This document shows positions 39,574-49,567 of a stretch of 64,000 nucleotides of DNA, in pieces. Below the pieces are notes generated by a model that saw only the letters and a list, made by a program, of their open reading frames with translations, was not told the DNA's origin and ran no database searches. This stretch comes from Alphaproteobacteria bacterium. GTDB lineage: Bacteria; Pseudomonadota; Alphaproteobacteria; MPNO01. Position 1 is the stretch's first letter, and the number at the start of each line of letters is the position of its first letter. The translations under genes and the position numbers were made by a program. The stretch spans positions 1,408,001 to 1,472,000 of the forward strand of contig CBDFLJ010000001.1 of the NCBI GenBank assembly GCA_965248835.1. Reading direction: 5' to 3'.

Positions 39574-42066
39574 ATGCTGGAGTCCGTAATCATCGCACTC
39601 GTCGTCGCGGTCGTCGTCATCGCGATCGTCTATATCCTGTCGGTGTGGATCTACAAGCGCGCGCCGGCGAACATGGGCTTCGTGCGCACCGGGATGCTCG
39701 GCACCAAGGTGTGCCTGGGCCGCGGTGCGATCGTCCTGCCGGTCTTTCACGAGGTCACGTGGGTCTCGCTGGAGACGATCAAGCTGATCGTCAGCCGCGC
39801 GCGCGAGCAGGCCGTTCTGACCTCCGACAAGATCCGGATCGACGTCGTGGCCGAGCTCTACGCCCATGTCGGCCGGACTCCCGAGGATCTGCTGACCGCG
39901 AGCCGGAGCCTGGGGGAAAAGACATTCGATCCCGACAAGGTCCGCAACCTCCTGGAGGCCAAGGTCGTCAGCGTGTTGAGGAGCTATGCCGCCACCAAGA
40001 CGCTCAGCGAGCTGCACGAGAACCGCGAGGCCATCTCGCGCGAGATGAAGGCCGCGGTCATGGAGAGCTTCCAGGCCAACGGGCTGACGCTCGAGGAAGT
40101 CACGATCGCGGCCCTGGAACAGACCGCGAAGGAGCATTTCAAGCCCGACAACGTCTTCGATGCCGAGGGCCTGAAAATCATCACCGACATCACCTCGGAT
40201 GCCCGCCGCAAGGTCCACGAGACCGAAAAGCGGACCGCGGTCGCGATCCGCCAGCGCGACCTCGACACCCAGCTCGATCTCCTGGAGATCGAAAAGAACG
40301 AAGCGCTCGCCAAGGCGGGTCAGGACAAGACGATCTCCAACGAACAGGCCCAGCAGCTTCGCGAGAAGCAGATCTTCATCCTCGACCAACGCAAGGCGGT
40401 TGAGGAGCGCGAGATCGAGAACGACGTTACCCTGGAGCGCATGCGGACCGACCGCGAGGTCGCGATCACCGAGGAGGCGCAAAAGCGCGAGGTGACCGAG
40501 ATCCAAAAGGAGCTTGCGCTGGAGCAGGAACGCAAGGACCGCGAGATCCAGCTCATCAACAAGGAACGCGAGCGCGAGGCGGCCGAGATCCAGCAGCGCA
40601 CCGCCGTGCTGGCCGAACAGGAGGTCGCCCGCGTGCTGCGCCACCAGGCGAGCGAGGACGCCACCGTCGCCACCCGCAAGCAGAGCGTCGAGGCGCGGCT
40701 GACCGTCCTCGATCTCGAAAAGCAGGAGGAGCTCGCCGCGGCCGGGCAGGAGCGCGACGTCGCCAACGAGAAGGCCCGCGCGCTCAGCGAGCGCCAGCGC
40801 TACATCCTGGAACAGCGCTGGGAGGTCCAGCAGGACGAGATCGACAAGGCCCTGGCACTCGACCGCGCGCAGATCCAGAAAGACGCGGCGGTGGCCGAAG
40901 AGAGCAAGATCCTGGAGGCCGCCGAGGTCCGCCGCGCGCTCGCGCTCGAGCTTGAGGAACGCGACCGCGAGATCGCCCTGATCAGGAAGGAGCAGGAACG
41001 CGAGAAGATCGACATCCAGCGGTTCCTGGGACGCGAGAGGGAGGAGCGCGACCGCGAGATCGCCCTTGTCCGCAAGACCGGAGAGCTCGAGGCGGTCGAG
41101 GTCGAGCGGCTGAAAACGACCGCAGAGAAGGAAAACGCCGAGCACGGCGTGGAGTCGGTGCGCATCCTCGCCGATGCCGAGCGGGACAAGGCGATCGAGC
41201 GCATCGAGGCCGAGAAGCTTGCCGAGGTCCGTCGGATCGACGAGGAGAACAAGGCGCAGATCTCGCGTATGCACATGATCACCCAGGCCGAGGCCCGGCA
41301 GACCTCGGCCGAGCGCGAGGCCGAGGCCACGCTGATCAAGGCGCGCGCCAACAGCGATGCGCAGAAGGTCGCGGCCGAGGGCATCGAGAAGGAGGCCGCG
41401 GCCCCGGGCCGCGCCGAGATGGCGGTCGAATCGCTGCGGGTGGAGAACACCCAGCGCATGCTCGAAGCCGAAGCGACCGGCATCGAGGCCAAGGCCGATG
41501 CGCTCAAGAAGTACAACGAGGCTGCGACCTTCCTGGAGCTGGCCAAGATGTATATCGAGGCCGAGCGCGATGTTCATATCGACCAGGCCAAGGCGATGGG
41601 CACCGCGCTCGGTGGCGCGCAGATCCGCATGTACGGCGGCGGCGACGGCACGGTGGAGACGATCCGCGGCATGTTCACCTCCGGCTTCGGCCTGGGCGAG
41701 GCGCTTGAGGGGCTTGGCCAGTCGATGCCCGAGGGGCTGCGCGAGCGGCTGTCCGCGCAGGGCCTCCGCGGCCTCCTCGGCCTGGCGCCGGGCGAGGCAA
41801 AGCCCGATGTCGAACGGACGCTGCAAAAGACCGTCCAACGGCTCGATGCACTGGCCGCCAAGTCGCTGCGCGGCCAGAAGGCGCGCGCGATGCCGCTGTC
41901 CGAAGCGCTCGCCAAGCTCGAACAGCAGGCCAGCGGCGACGACGAAGCGATTCGGGCCGTCAACACGCTCAAGGGCATGAACCCCGAAGGCGCCTTCGAT
42001 GACCTGCCTTTCGACAAGGTGTGGGCGCTGCTTCAGAGCGTGGCGCAGGCGCCCAGCCAGGCTTGA
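39574..42066 (+). CDS. Flotillin-family SPFH protein with an extended, duplicated coiled coil
   Basis: N-terminal TM, YKRA....FVRTG..G.KV...GAIVLPVFHE, D.IR.DV.AE, LEQT....F...N.FDAEGL (bacterial flotillin/YqiK-like), then a long E/R/A-rich coiled coil. Confidence 0.88.
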   Translation: MLESVIIALVVAVVVIAIVYILSVWIYKRAPANMGFVRTGMLGTKVCLGRGAIVLPVFHEVTWVSLETIKLIVSRAREQAVLTSDKIRIDVVAELYAHVGRTPEDLLTASRSLGEKTFDPDKVRNLLEAKVVSVLRSYAATKTLSELHENREAISREMKAAVMESFQANGLTLEEVTIAALEQTAKEHFKPDNVFDAEGLKIITDITSDARRKVHETEKRTAVAIRQRDLDTQLDLLEIEKNEALAKAGQDKTISNEQAQQLREKQIFILDQRKAVEEREIENDVTLERMRTDREVAITEEAQKREVTEIQKELALEQERKDREIQLINKEREREAAEIQQRTAVLAEQEVARVLRHQASEDATVATRKQSVEARLTVLDLEKQEELAAAGQERDVANEKARALSERQRYILEQRWEVQQDEIDKALALDRAQIQKDAAVAEESKILEAAEVRRALALELEERDREIALIRKEQEREKIDIQRFLGREREERDREIALVRKTGELEAVEVERLKTTAEKENAEHGVESVRILADAERDKAIERIEAEKLAEVRRIDEENKAQISRMHMITQAEARQTSAEREAEATLIKARANSDAQKVAAEGIEKEAAAPGRAEMAVESLRVENTQRMLEAEATGIEAKADALKKYNEAATFLELAKMYIEAERDVHIDQAKAMGTALGGAQIRMYGGGDGTVETIRGMFTSGFGLGEALEGLGQSMPEGLRERLSAQGLRGLLGLAPGEAKPDVERTLQKTVQRLDALAAKSLRGQKARAMPLSEALAKLEQQASGDDEAIRAVNTLKGMNPEGAFDDLPFDKVWALLQSVAQAPSQA
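40201..41034 (+). repeat. Internal tandem duplication in the flotillin, period 142 aa (426 bp)
   Basis: AGQ at residues 248/390, ILDQR/ILEQR at 269/411 and DREIQLINKE/DREIALIRKE at 322/464. A third DREIALVRK follows at 493. Confidence 0.75.
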
Positions 42067-42078
42067 GGCGGGGCTGCG

Positions 42079-43164
42079 GTGGCCGAGAACGACGTCGTCC
42101 TGGTCGGGGTGAACAAGACCTTCGAGGGCAATGTCCGCGCGGTGATCGATTTCAACGCCGAGATCGAGCACGGCGAGTTCGTTGCCTTGCTGGGTCCTAG
42201 CGGTTGCGGCAAGACGACCACGCTCAGAATGATCGGCGGGCTGGAGGAGATCACTTCGGGCAAGATCTACCTCTCCGGCAGGGACGTCACCGATCTGCCC
42301 CCGTCCGAGCGCGACACCGCGATGATGTTCCAGAGCTTTGCCCTGTTCCCGCATCGCACCGTCTTCCAGAACGTCGAGTTCAGCCTGAAGATGCAGGGCC
42401 GCGCGCGCGCTGATCGGGCCAAGCCGGTCTGGGACATGTTGGAGATGGTGGGTCTCGCCGATCTCGCCGGCCGCAAGCCGTCCGACCTCAGCGGCGGGCA
42501 GCAGCAGCGCGTGGCGCTGGCCCGGGCGCTGATCAGCCGGCCGACGGTGCTGCTGCTCGACGAGCCGCTGGGCGCGCTCGACTACAACTTGCGCCAGACG
42601 ATGATCGTCGAGCTGAAGAAGATCCAGCGCGAGCTCGGCATGACCTTCATCATGGTCACCCATTCCCAGGAAGAAGCCATGGGCATGGCCGACAAGGTGA
42701 TCGTGATGAGTGACGCGGTGATCCAGCAGACCGGCACCTCGCGCCAGATCTACGAGAACCCGCGCACCCGCTTCGTTGCCGAGTTCATCGGCAACAACAA
42801 CCTGTTCGCCGGCAAGGTCGCCTCGCGCAGCGGCTCGGTCGTCTTCGTCGAGGCCGAGGACAAGCTGTTCTACGTCAGGGTGCCCGAGCACATCCGCCAG
42901 GTCCCGGTCGGGGCCACGGCCAGTTTTGCGGTGCGCGCGGATCTGATGCATGCCGGCGATCACCCCGGGATGGCAAACCGGGTCGAGGGCCGCTACATCA
43001 CCACCGAGTTCCGGGGCTCGCTGGAGACCGACGTCTTCGAAGTCGGCTCGGGGCTGTTCGTCCACGTCGAGCAGCACCGCAACATCTCCGACCGGATCTA
43101 CGCGATGGGCGACCGCGAGACGATCTGCTGGCCGGCGGACGGCGGCGTTCTGCTGGAGGCCTGA
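42079..43164 (+). CDS. ABC transporter ATP-binding protein (PotA-like, TOBE domain)
   Basis: GPSGCGKTT, FQSFALFPH, LSGGQQQRVALARAL, LLLDEP and VTHSQEEA. Confidence 0.95.
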   Translation: MAENDVVLVGVNKTFEGNVRAVIDFNAEIEHGEFVALLGPSGCGKTTTLRMIGGLEEITSGKIYLSGRDVTDLPPSERDTAMMFQSFALFPHRTVFQNVEFSLKMQGRARADRAKPVWDMLEMVGLADLAGRKPSDLSGGQQQRVALARALISRPTVLLLDEPLGALDYNLRQTMIVELKKIQRELGMTFIMVTHSQEEAMGMADKVIVMSDAVIQQTGTSRQIYENPRTRFVAEFIGNNNLFAGKVASRSGSVVFVEAEDKLFYVRVPEHIRQVPVGATASFAVRADLMHAGDHPGMANRVEGRYITTEFRGSLETDVFEVGSGLFVHVEQHRNISDRIYAMGDRETICWPADGGVLLEA

Positions 43165-43226
43165 GGCTTCGGTGCGGCCCGGCTTGCCGGGGACATGCGC
43201 CAGACCCCGCACGGTCCGAAATCCGT

Positions 43227-44054
43227 CTATCGCGCCCGCCGGTAGAGGACCGAATAGACCGTGACGAACAAGCCGATCATCAGCAGCGAGAAGATGGTCG
43301 ACGCCGTGCCCAGCGCGAACAGGGTCGGTCGGATGCGCTGGGTCATCGAGGCGTTGATGTCCAGCGGCAGCGTGTTGAACTCGCCCGACAACAGCGTGGT
43401 GCGCGCGAACTCGTCATAGGACAGGGTGAACCCGAACAGCCCGGCCGCGACCACCCCCGGCAGGATCAGCGGCAGCGTGATCTCCTTGAAGACGGTCCAT
43501 TCGCTCGCCCCCATGTCCCGGGCAGCCTCCTCCAGGCTTGAATCGAACCGGTTGAAGACCGCCATCATCACCAGGAATCCGAAGGGCAGCGTCCACACGA
43601 CATGGACCCCGAGGGCGGTCGACCACCAGGCCGGCGGGATGCCGGCCTCCCTCAAGAGCGTCGCGAGCCCGAGGCTGAGCAGCACGCCGGGCACCATGAG
43701 GCCGGACATGACCGTATAGAACAGGATCGACGAGCCGAGGAACGGCTTGCGGAACGCCATCGCCAACATGGTCGCGAACAGCGCGGTGACCACCATCACC
43801 ACCAGCGCCAGGATCAGCGAGCGGCCGAGCGCGCCCTGCAGGTCGCCCACCGTCGAGGGCTCGAGGAGCTTGTTCCACCAATAGAAGCTGAAGCCCCGCA
43901 TCGGGAAGCTGGTCCCGCCGCGCCGCGCTTGGAAGGACAGCACGAACATCGCGATCATCGGACCGTAGACGAAGACCAGGAACAGCGCGTAGTAGACGCT
44001 GAAACCGCCTTTGATCAGCGATTTGCGCCGCCGGTCCGGGGTCCAGCGCGCCAC
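43227..44054 (-). CDS. ABC permease (PotC-like)
   Basis: EAA loop LEEAARDMGAS, FTLSYDEF and six TM segments. Confidence 0.92.
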   Translation of the reverse strand: MARWTPDRRRKSLIKGGFSVYYALFLVFVYGPMIAMFVLSFQARRGGTSFPMRGFSFYWWNKLLEPSTVGDLQGALGRSLILALVVMVVTALFATMLAMAFRKPFLGSSILFYTVMSGLMVPGVLLSLGLATLLREAGIPPAWWSTALGVHVVWTLPFGFLVMMAVFNRFDSSLEEAARDMGASEWTVFKEITLPLILPGVVAAGLFGFTLSYDEFARTTLLSGEFNTLPLDINASMTQRIRPTLFALGTASTIFSLLMIGLFVTVYSVLYRRAR

Positions 44055-44055
44055 C

Positions 44056-45036
44056 TCAGAGCTCCTTGCGGATGTTGACCACGCGCAGGATCATCACCAC
44101 GCCGATCATCATCGCCAGCATCAGCATGATCGCGTTGACCGCGGCGAAGGGATAGTTGGCGATGGCATAGTAGTTGAGGATCACGGTGCCGGTGGTCGAT
44201 GTCTTGCCGCCATAGACCACCACGGCGGTTGCGAACTCGCCCATGATCATCACGAAGATGAAGATCAGCCCGATGGCGACGCCCGGCAGGGACAGGGGGC
44301 CGATGATCTCGCGAAAGATCTGGAACGAGCTCGCGCCCATGTCGCGCGCGGCATCGATGATCGACCTGTCGATCTTGGCCAGCGAGAAGAAGATCGGCCC
44401 GACGATCAGGACGACATAGAGTTGGACCAGGGCCATGGTGTAGCCGAATTCCGAATAGAGCAGGAAGCCGACCGGTTTGTCGACGATGTCGAGATTGACC
44501 AGCAGCTTGTTGAGCAGCCCGCGTCGGCCCAGCATCGGCAGCCAGGCCACCGCGCGGATCAGGTAGCTGGTCCAGAACGGCACCATCGAGATCAGGAACA
44601 GCGCGAGCTGCCACTTGAACGACTCGACCTGGAAGGCGAGGAAATAGGCGATCGGGAAACCGACGATCAGGCAGAAGAACATCACCACCAGCGCGAAGCG
44701 CAGCGTCGTTCCGAGCGTCTGGATATAGATCGAAAGGGACAGGAACCGGTCCGAGGATGGATCGAAGAAACCCTCGGTCCGGAAGAAGTCGTCGTAGTGC
44801 TGGAGCGTCAGGTCGGGCGCCATGCCATAGCCGGTCGCCTTCCAGAAACTGAACACCACGATTCCGACCAGCGGCAGGACCAGAAAGAGGATCAGCCACG
44901 CCGCGGCCGGGCTGATCAGCCAATAGACCGGAAACCCCTGCGCGCGGCGCGGCTTGTCCGACCCGGCACGCTGGGCGGCCGGTGCCGCGCGGCCGCCGAT
45001 CAGGCCCGGGCGCGCCGTCTGTCCGAGCTGGCTCAC
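44056..45036 (-). CDS. ABC permease (PotB-like)
   Basis: PFWTSYLIR..W..LG..G and the EAA loop IIDAARDMGAS...PLSLPG. Confidence 0.92.
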   Translation of the reverse strand: MSQLGQTARPGLIGGRAAPAAQRAGSDKPRRAQGFPVYWLISPAAAWLILFLVLPLVGIVVFSFWKATGYGMAPDLTLQHYDDFFRTEGFFDPSSDRFLSLSIYIQTLGTTLRFALVVMFFCLIVGFPIAYFLAFQVESFKWQLALFLISMVPFWTSYLIRAVAWLPMLGRRGLLNKLLVNLDIVDKPVGFLLYSEFGYTMALVQLYVVLIVGPIFFSLAKIDRSIIDAARDMGASSFQIFREIIGPLSLPGVAIGLIFIFVMIMGEFATAVVVYGGKTSTTGTVILNYYAIANYPFAAVNAIMLMLAMMIGVVMILRVVNIRKEL

Positions 45037-45059
45037 GGTGTTGGCGGCCGGTCAGGAAT

Positions 45060-45088
45060 GCGGGCGGGCCCGCGACGATCCCGCCCGC
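45060..45088 (-). terminator. Intercistronic hairpin after the substrate-binding protein gene
   Basis: GCGGGCGGG-N11-CCCGCCCGC between the binding-protein stop and the permease start. Confidence 0.5.
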
Positions 45089-45104
45089 GCGCACCGGTCT
45101 GCCG

Positions 45105-46385
45105 TCAAGCGCTGAGGAACTCCGTCCAGCGCTTGACCAAGTAGTCGTTCTCCTTCATCAGCGAGTTCCAGACCGCGATGTTCTTGAAGCGGTTCCAATA
45201 GGAGCCGCCGTCGCGGACCTCGCCCTTCTCGACGATCGGCGTGCCGAAGGGGTCGTTGAGCTCTCCTGCCGCCGGTTTGCCCATGTACCAGAAGTCCCAT
45301 TCCTCCGGCGTGAGGTGCTGCTTGACGTTTTCCGGCACCGACATGTAGTAGCCCTGACGGGCGACGAACGCGCCGGGCCAGCCGCTCATCCACCAGTTGA
45401 TATAGTCATAGGCCGCATCGAGCTTCTTGCCGGTCACCTTGGCCGAGATCGCAAGCCCGCCGTGCCAGCCGCGCATGCCTTCCTTGGGGAAGGCGTAGAC
45501 GCAGGGCACGCCCTCGGCCTTGACTGCGGTGACCGCCGGCGACCACATCGACTGGACCGCGACCTCGCCGGAGACCATCAGGTTGACCGACTGGCCGAAG
45601 GTCTCCCAGAAGGCGCGGAAATGGCCCTCTTTCTTGCGCTTGATCAGGAAATCGATCAGGAAGTCGATTTCCTCGCGGGTCATGTCGCCCTTGTCCTTGA
45701 ATTTGAGCAGCCCCATCGCCTCGATGGCGAGCGCTGCATCCATGGTGCCGATCTGCGGCACGTTGAGCAGCGCGACCTTGCCCTTGAAGTCCGCGGAGAA
45801 CAGCTCGGCCCAGCTTTCGATCTTGCGGCCGGTCTCGTCCGGGTTGTAGCCGATCGAATCGGCGTTGTGCCAGCCGGGTACCATCGAGATGTAGCGCGAC
45901 GGCCCGTTGACCCGGTTGCCGTCCTTGTCGAGCCAGAGATGGCGGAACGGCGCATCGCCCTGGCCGGGATTGGACTCCGGCGTCAGCCGGCCGGTCTTTG
46001 TAAGGTCGGTGACCTTGTCCCAGTCCTTGATGCGCTGCGTGTCGATCGGCTGCCACACCTTGGCAGGGATGAACACGTCGCAGTCGTTGTAATAACCTTC
46101 GGCGATCTCGTACTGATCGTTCTGGTTGAGCATCTTGCCGAACATCGCGCCATAGCCCAGCGCCTGGCCGCGCACCTGCATGCCGAGATCCTTGCCGGCG
46201 CGGCCCTGAATCTCGTTGATGATGCTCACGCCGAGGCCGATCGTCCGGATGGACTCGGCGCCAAACGCAATGCTGGGAAAGCCGCCTGCCGCGCCCGCGG
46301 CGAGCGCCGCGGCGGACGTGCCGACGAATGTGCGGCGCCTCACGCGCCGGGGTTTGCTGATGTCCGTCTTGAGCTTGTCCGACAT
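45105..46385 (-). CDS. ABC substrate-binding protein (PotD/PotF-like) with a Tat signal
   Basis: GGAGG RBS, twin-arginine RRTFVG..AAALAAG, SWAELF...FKGKVAL and PKEG.RGW. Confidence 0.88.
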   Translation of the reverse strand: MSDKLKTDISKPRRVRRRTFVGTSAAALAAGAAGGFPSIAFGAESIRTIGLGVSIINEIQGRAGKDLGMQVRGQALGYGAMFGKMLNQNDQYEIAEGYYNDCDVFIPAKVWQPIDTQRIKDWDKVTDLTKTGRLTPESNPGQGDAPFRHLWLDKDGNRVNGPSRYISMVPGWHNADSIGYNPDETGRKIESWAELFSADFKGKVALLNVPQIGTMDAALAIEAMGLLKFKDKGDMTREEIDFLIDFLIKRKKEGHFRAFWETFGQSVNLMVSGEVAVQSMWSPAVTAVKAEGVPCVYAFPKEGMRGWHGGLAISAKVTGKKLDAAYDYINWWMSGWPGAFVARQGYYMSVPENVKQHLTPEEWDFWYMGKPAAGELNDPFGTPIVEKGEVRDGGSYWNRFKNIAVWNSLMKENDYLVKRWTEFLSA

Positions 46386-46486
46386 TTGAGCCTCCATCTT
46401 ATCCGAGACGATTAGGACATTTTCTGAACCCTCTGACAATATGGGCCGGCAAAAAGGATTTTGGGAAAGCGGCCTGGGAGGTGCGG

Positions 46487-47920
46487 GTGAGCGTATTGAT
46501 CAAGGGCGGCAGGATCGTCACCGCAGCCGATGACTACCATGCCGACATCTTCGCGGCCGACGCCACGGTGAGCCTGATCGGCACCGACCTGACGATTGAG
46601 GCCGATGAGGTGATCGATGCGGCGGGGAAGCTGGTCATCCCGGGCGGCGTCGATCCGCACACCCATCTCGAGCTTCCCTTCGGCGGCACGACGACCTCGG
46701 ACACCTTCGAGTCCGGCACCCGGGCGGCGGCGTTCGGCGGCACGACCTGCATCGTCGACTTCGCCGTCCAGTCGCGCGGTATTTCAATGCTGGAATCGCT
46801 CGATAGCTGGCATGCCAAGGCCGCCGGCAAGACCGCGATCGACTACGGCTTCCACATGATCGTTACCGACCTGCCCGAGGAGCGGGTGCCGGAGATGCGC
46901 CGCCTGTCGGACGAGGGGATCACCAGCTACAAGCTGTTCATGGCCTATCCCGGGGCGCTGCTGTCCGATGACGGGACGATCTTCCGGGCGATGCGCAAGG
47001 CCGGCCAGGACGGCACCCTGGTCTGCATGCACGCCGAGAACGGCATCGTGATCGACGAGCTGATCAGGATCGCGCTGGCCGAGGGCCATATCGAGCCCAA
47101 ATACCACGCGGTCACGCGTCCGACCCGGCTGGAGGCCGAAGGCACTCACCGCGCGCTCGCGATCGCCGAGGTCGCACGCGCGCCGGTCTATATCGTCCAC
47201 CTCAGCGCCTTTGACGCGCTCAAGGAACTGCGCGATGCCCAGGCACGCGGCGTGATGGCCCACGCCGAGACCTGCCCGCAATACCTGCTGCTGGACGTCG
47301 GCGCCTATGACGAGCCCGGCTTCGACGGCGCGAAATACGTGCTGACCCCGCCGCTGCGCGAGAAATGGAACCAGGACGAGCTGTGGCGCGGACTGCGGAG
47401 CGGCGATCTGCACGTGATCTCGACCGACCATTGCCCGTTCTGCCTCAAGGAGCAGAAGGAGCTGGGCCTGGACGATTTCTCCAAGATCCCCAACGGCGGG
47501 CCGGGCATCGAGAACCGGATGAGCCTGATCTATCACAACGGCGTCGGCGAGGGCCGGATCACCCTCAACAAGTTTGTCGAGCTGACCTCGACCGCGCCGG
47601 CCAGGATCTTCGGACTGTTCCCGCGCAAGGGCACCATCGCGGTGGGCTCGGACGCCGATATCGTCATCTTCGATCCCGACCGGTCGGAGACCATCAGCGT
47701 CCACAACCCGCGGACCCACCACATGAACATCGACTACAGCGCCTACGAAGGCTTCACGGTCAAGGGCTATACCGAGACCGTGATCTCACGCGGCAAGATC
47801 ATCGTCGACAAGGGCGCGTATGTCGGCCGGCCGGGCGATGGGATGTTCATCAAGCGCGGCCCCTATGGCGGGCTCTACGCCGCGCAGACCTCGCGCGCCG
47901 CGCGCGAGCGCTCCGCCTGA
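46487..47920 (+). CDS. hydA: Dihydropyrimidinase / D-hydantoinase
   Basis: PGGVDPHTH, AAFGGTT, SYKLFMAY, HAENG, YIVH, ETCPQY, TDHCPF, IPNG.PG.E and GSDAD. Confidence 0.95.
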   Translation: MSVLIKGGRIVTAADDYHADIFAADATVSLIGTDLTIEADEVIDAAGKLVIPGGVDPHTHLELPFGGTTTSDTFESGTRAAAFGGTTCIVDFAVQSRGISMLESLDSWHAKAAGKTAIDYGFHMIVTDLPEERVPEMRRLSDEGITSYKLFMAYPGALLSDDGTIFRAMRKAGQDGTLVCMHAENGIVIDELIRIALAEGHIEPKYHAVTRPTRLEAEGTHRALAIAEVARAPVYIVHLSAFDALKELRDAQARGVMAHAETCPQYLLLDVGAYDEPGFDGAKYVLTPPLREKWNQDELWRGLRSGDLHVISTDHCPFCLKEQKELGLDDFSKIPNGGPGIENRMSLIYHNGVGEGRITLNKFVELTSTAPARIFGLFPRKGTIAVGSDADIVIFDPDRSETISVHNPRTHHMNIDYSAYEGFTVKGYTETVISRGKIIVDKGAYVGRPGDGMFIKRGPYGGLYAAQTSRAARERSA

Positions 47921-47966
47921 AGGTCGCTGGCGCCGGCATCGATATCCGGCGCAACCCGGCCGGCGC

Positions 47967-48428
47967 TCAGGCGGAGGCCAGGCGGACCAGCTTCAGGAGC
48001 CAGAAGATAACGCAGAAGATCCCGGTCAGGACCACCAGCAGAACCACCGCGCCGAGGCGGTCGCCGAACCCCGCGCTGAGCACCGCGCCGTCGCGCAGCA
48101 GATAGACGCACAGGATCTGCACCGCCTGCAAGGCGGCGCCCGCGCTCAGCAGGATCGCCACGAACACCGAGCCTTGCAGCGAGCTCAGCACCATCGCCTC
48201 GATCGACCGCTGCCGGGTGATGTGCAGCCGGTAGGCCCGCCAGTGATAGCCGCAGAACCCGATCACCGCGATGACCAGCGCCGCCCAGAAGATGTCGTTG
48301 CCGTAGTCGATGCCGTTGAAGACCAGGCTGAACAGGTCCGCGAACGGTTTGTAAAAGAACAGAAAGATCAGGACGATGATGAAGACCAGGAACCCGACCA
48401 GCGTCCAGAACCATTGCCACCCTGTCAT
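47967..48428 (-). CDS. Hypothetical ~4-TM membrane protein (paralog of 34470..35003)
   Basis: FLFFYKPF, FW, HW and AGAALQA; hydrophobic throughout. Confidence 0.72.
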   Translation of the reverse strand: MTGWQWFWTLVGFLVFIIVLIFLFFYKPFADLFSLVFNGIDYGNDIFWAALVIAVIGFCGYHWRAYRLHITRQRSIEAMVLSSLQGSVFVAILLSAGAALQAVQILCVYLLRDGAVLSAGFGDRLGAVVLLVVLTGIFCVIFWLLKLVRLASA

Positions 48429-48488
48429 GTCGTCACCGCTGCGGGACCGCTTGTTGGGGCACCGTTTTACCCGATCGGCCGCACGCCG

Positions 48489-49535
48489 TCATTCGCCGGT
48501 TGCCGGCAGCGCGACCAGAAGAAGAACGCCGTAGAGCAGGAAGAATACGGCATCCTTGACCGCCGGCATCCCGTGGCGCGCCTGCGCGCGCGCGCTCAAG
48601 AGGACGGCAAGCTCCAGGATGAAGAACCCCAGCGACAGATAGAAGATCGGCCACAGGGTCTGCCACCACGAGATGCCGTCGGGCGTGGCCACGCCCTGGC
48701 TCGCGCGCCAGATTACCAGAAGGACCGGTGCGAGCGTGACATAGGCATAGCCCAGCAGGAACCGCATCCGCCCGGCGGTTCGATCGATGATCCAGAAGAC
48801 GACAAGCACGGCGAGGATCTGGACGGTGTCCCAGAACAGCGCGACGTATTTCCCGTCCGCGCCGGACTCCGCGAGGTTGACGAAGCCCAACACCAGCAGG
48901 AACGCCAGCCCGTCGCAGAACAACCATTCCCGGAACGATTCGGCGCTCTGCTTCCCTGCCTCGGCGCGCGAAGCCTTGTCGAGGATGAGCACGAGGATGA
49001 CCGCGAACGCACCCGGATAGGCGAGCGATAGCATCAGCCGGTATCGCTGGGCGCCGGCGACATAGGTCCAGTTCAGCAGCAGCAGGGCCGCGATCAGGAT
49101 CGCGATCCCGACCACGGGGACGAACAGCGAGGACCCGGTGCGCTCGGCCGCTTCCTGCGCCGGCGCGGCGACGGCGCCGGTGCGTGCGCGCATCCAGACG
49201 ACGACCAGGAATCCGAGGACCGCAAGCCCGGCGGCGATCAGCATGACGACGAAGAACGACGATGCGCCGGTCTGGGTACGCCAGGGGCCGCTTTTGCCCT
49301 CCCCGAGGGAGAGGGGATCGAGCTGCCAGACCAGCACCGCGCAGGCCACGACCAGCAGCGTAGCGGCCAGGATCATCGGGTAATGTGCCCCGACCGGATG
49401 CCGCGCCGGAACGTCCGGCGCAGCGCCGTCGGCCGCGCGGCCCCACCTGGCGACCGCCGCAATCACGAAGCAGACCAGCGCCAGGACGGCGATGCCGCCC
49501 ATTACCTCCAGGAAGGCGATCGAGCGGCTATCCAT
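48489..49535 (-). CDS. Hypothetical polytopic membrane protein (roughly 10 TM)
   Basis: Many hydrophobic helices with short loops. Directly downstream of the ureidopropionase-like gene. No family recognised. Confidence 0.7.
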   Translation of the reverse strand: MDSRSIAFLEVMGGIAVLALVCFVIAAVARWGRAADGAAPDVPARHPVGAHYPMILAATLLVVACAVLVWQLDPLSLGEGKSGPWRTQTGASSFFVVMLIAAGLAVLGFLVVVWMRARTGAVAAPAQEAAERTGSSLFVPVVGIAILIAALLLLNWTYVAGAQRYRLMLSLAYPGAFAVILVLILDKASRAEAGKQSAESFREWLFCDGLAFLLVLGFVNLAESGADGKYVALFWDTVQILAVLVVFWIIDRTAGRMRFLLGYAYVTLAPVLLVIWRASQGVATPDGISWWQTLWPIFYLSLGFFILELAVLLSARAQARHGMPAVKDAVFFLLYGVLLLVALPATGE

Positions 49536-49567
49536 CGCCGGACCGTGCTGAGGCCGGGTGTGCCGTC

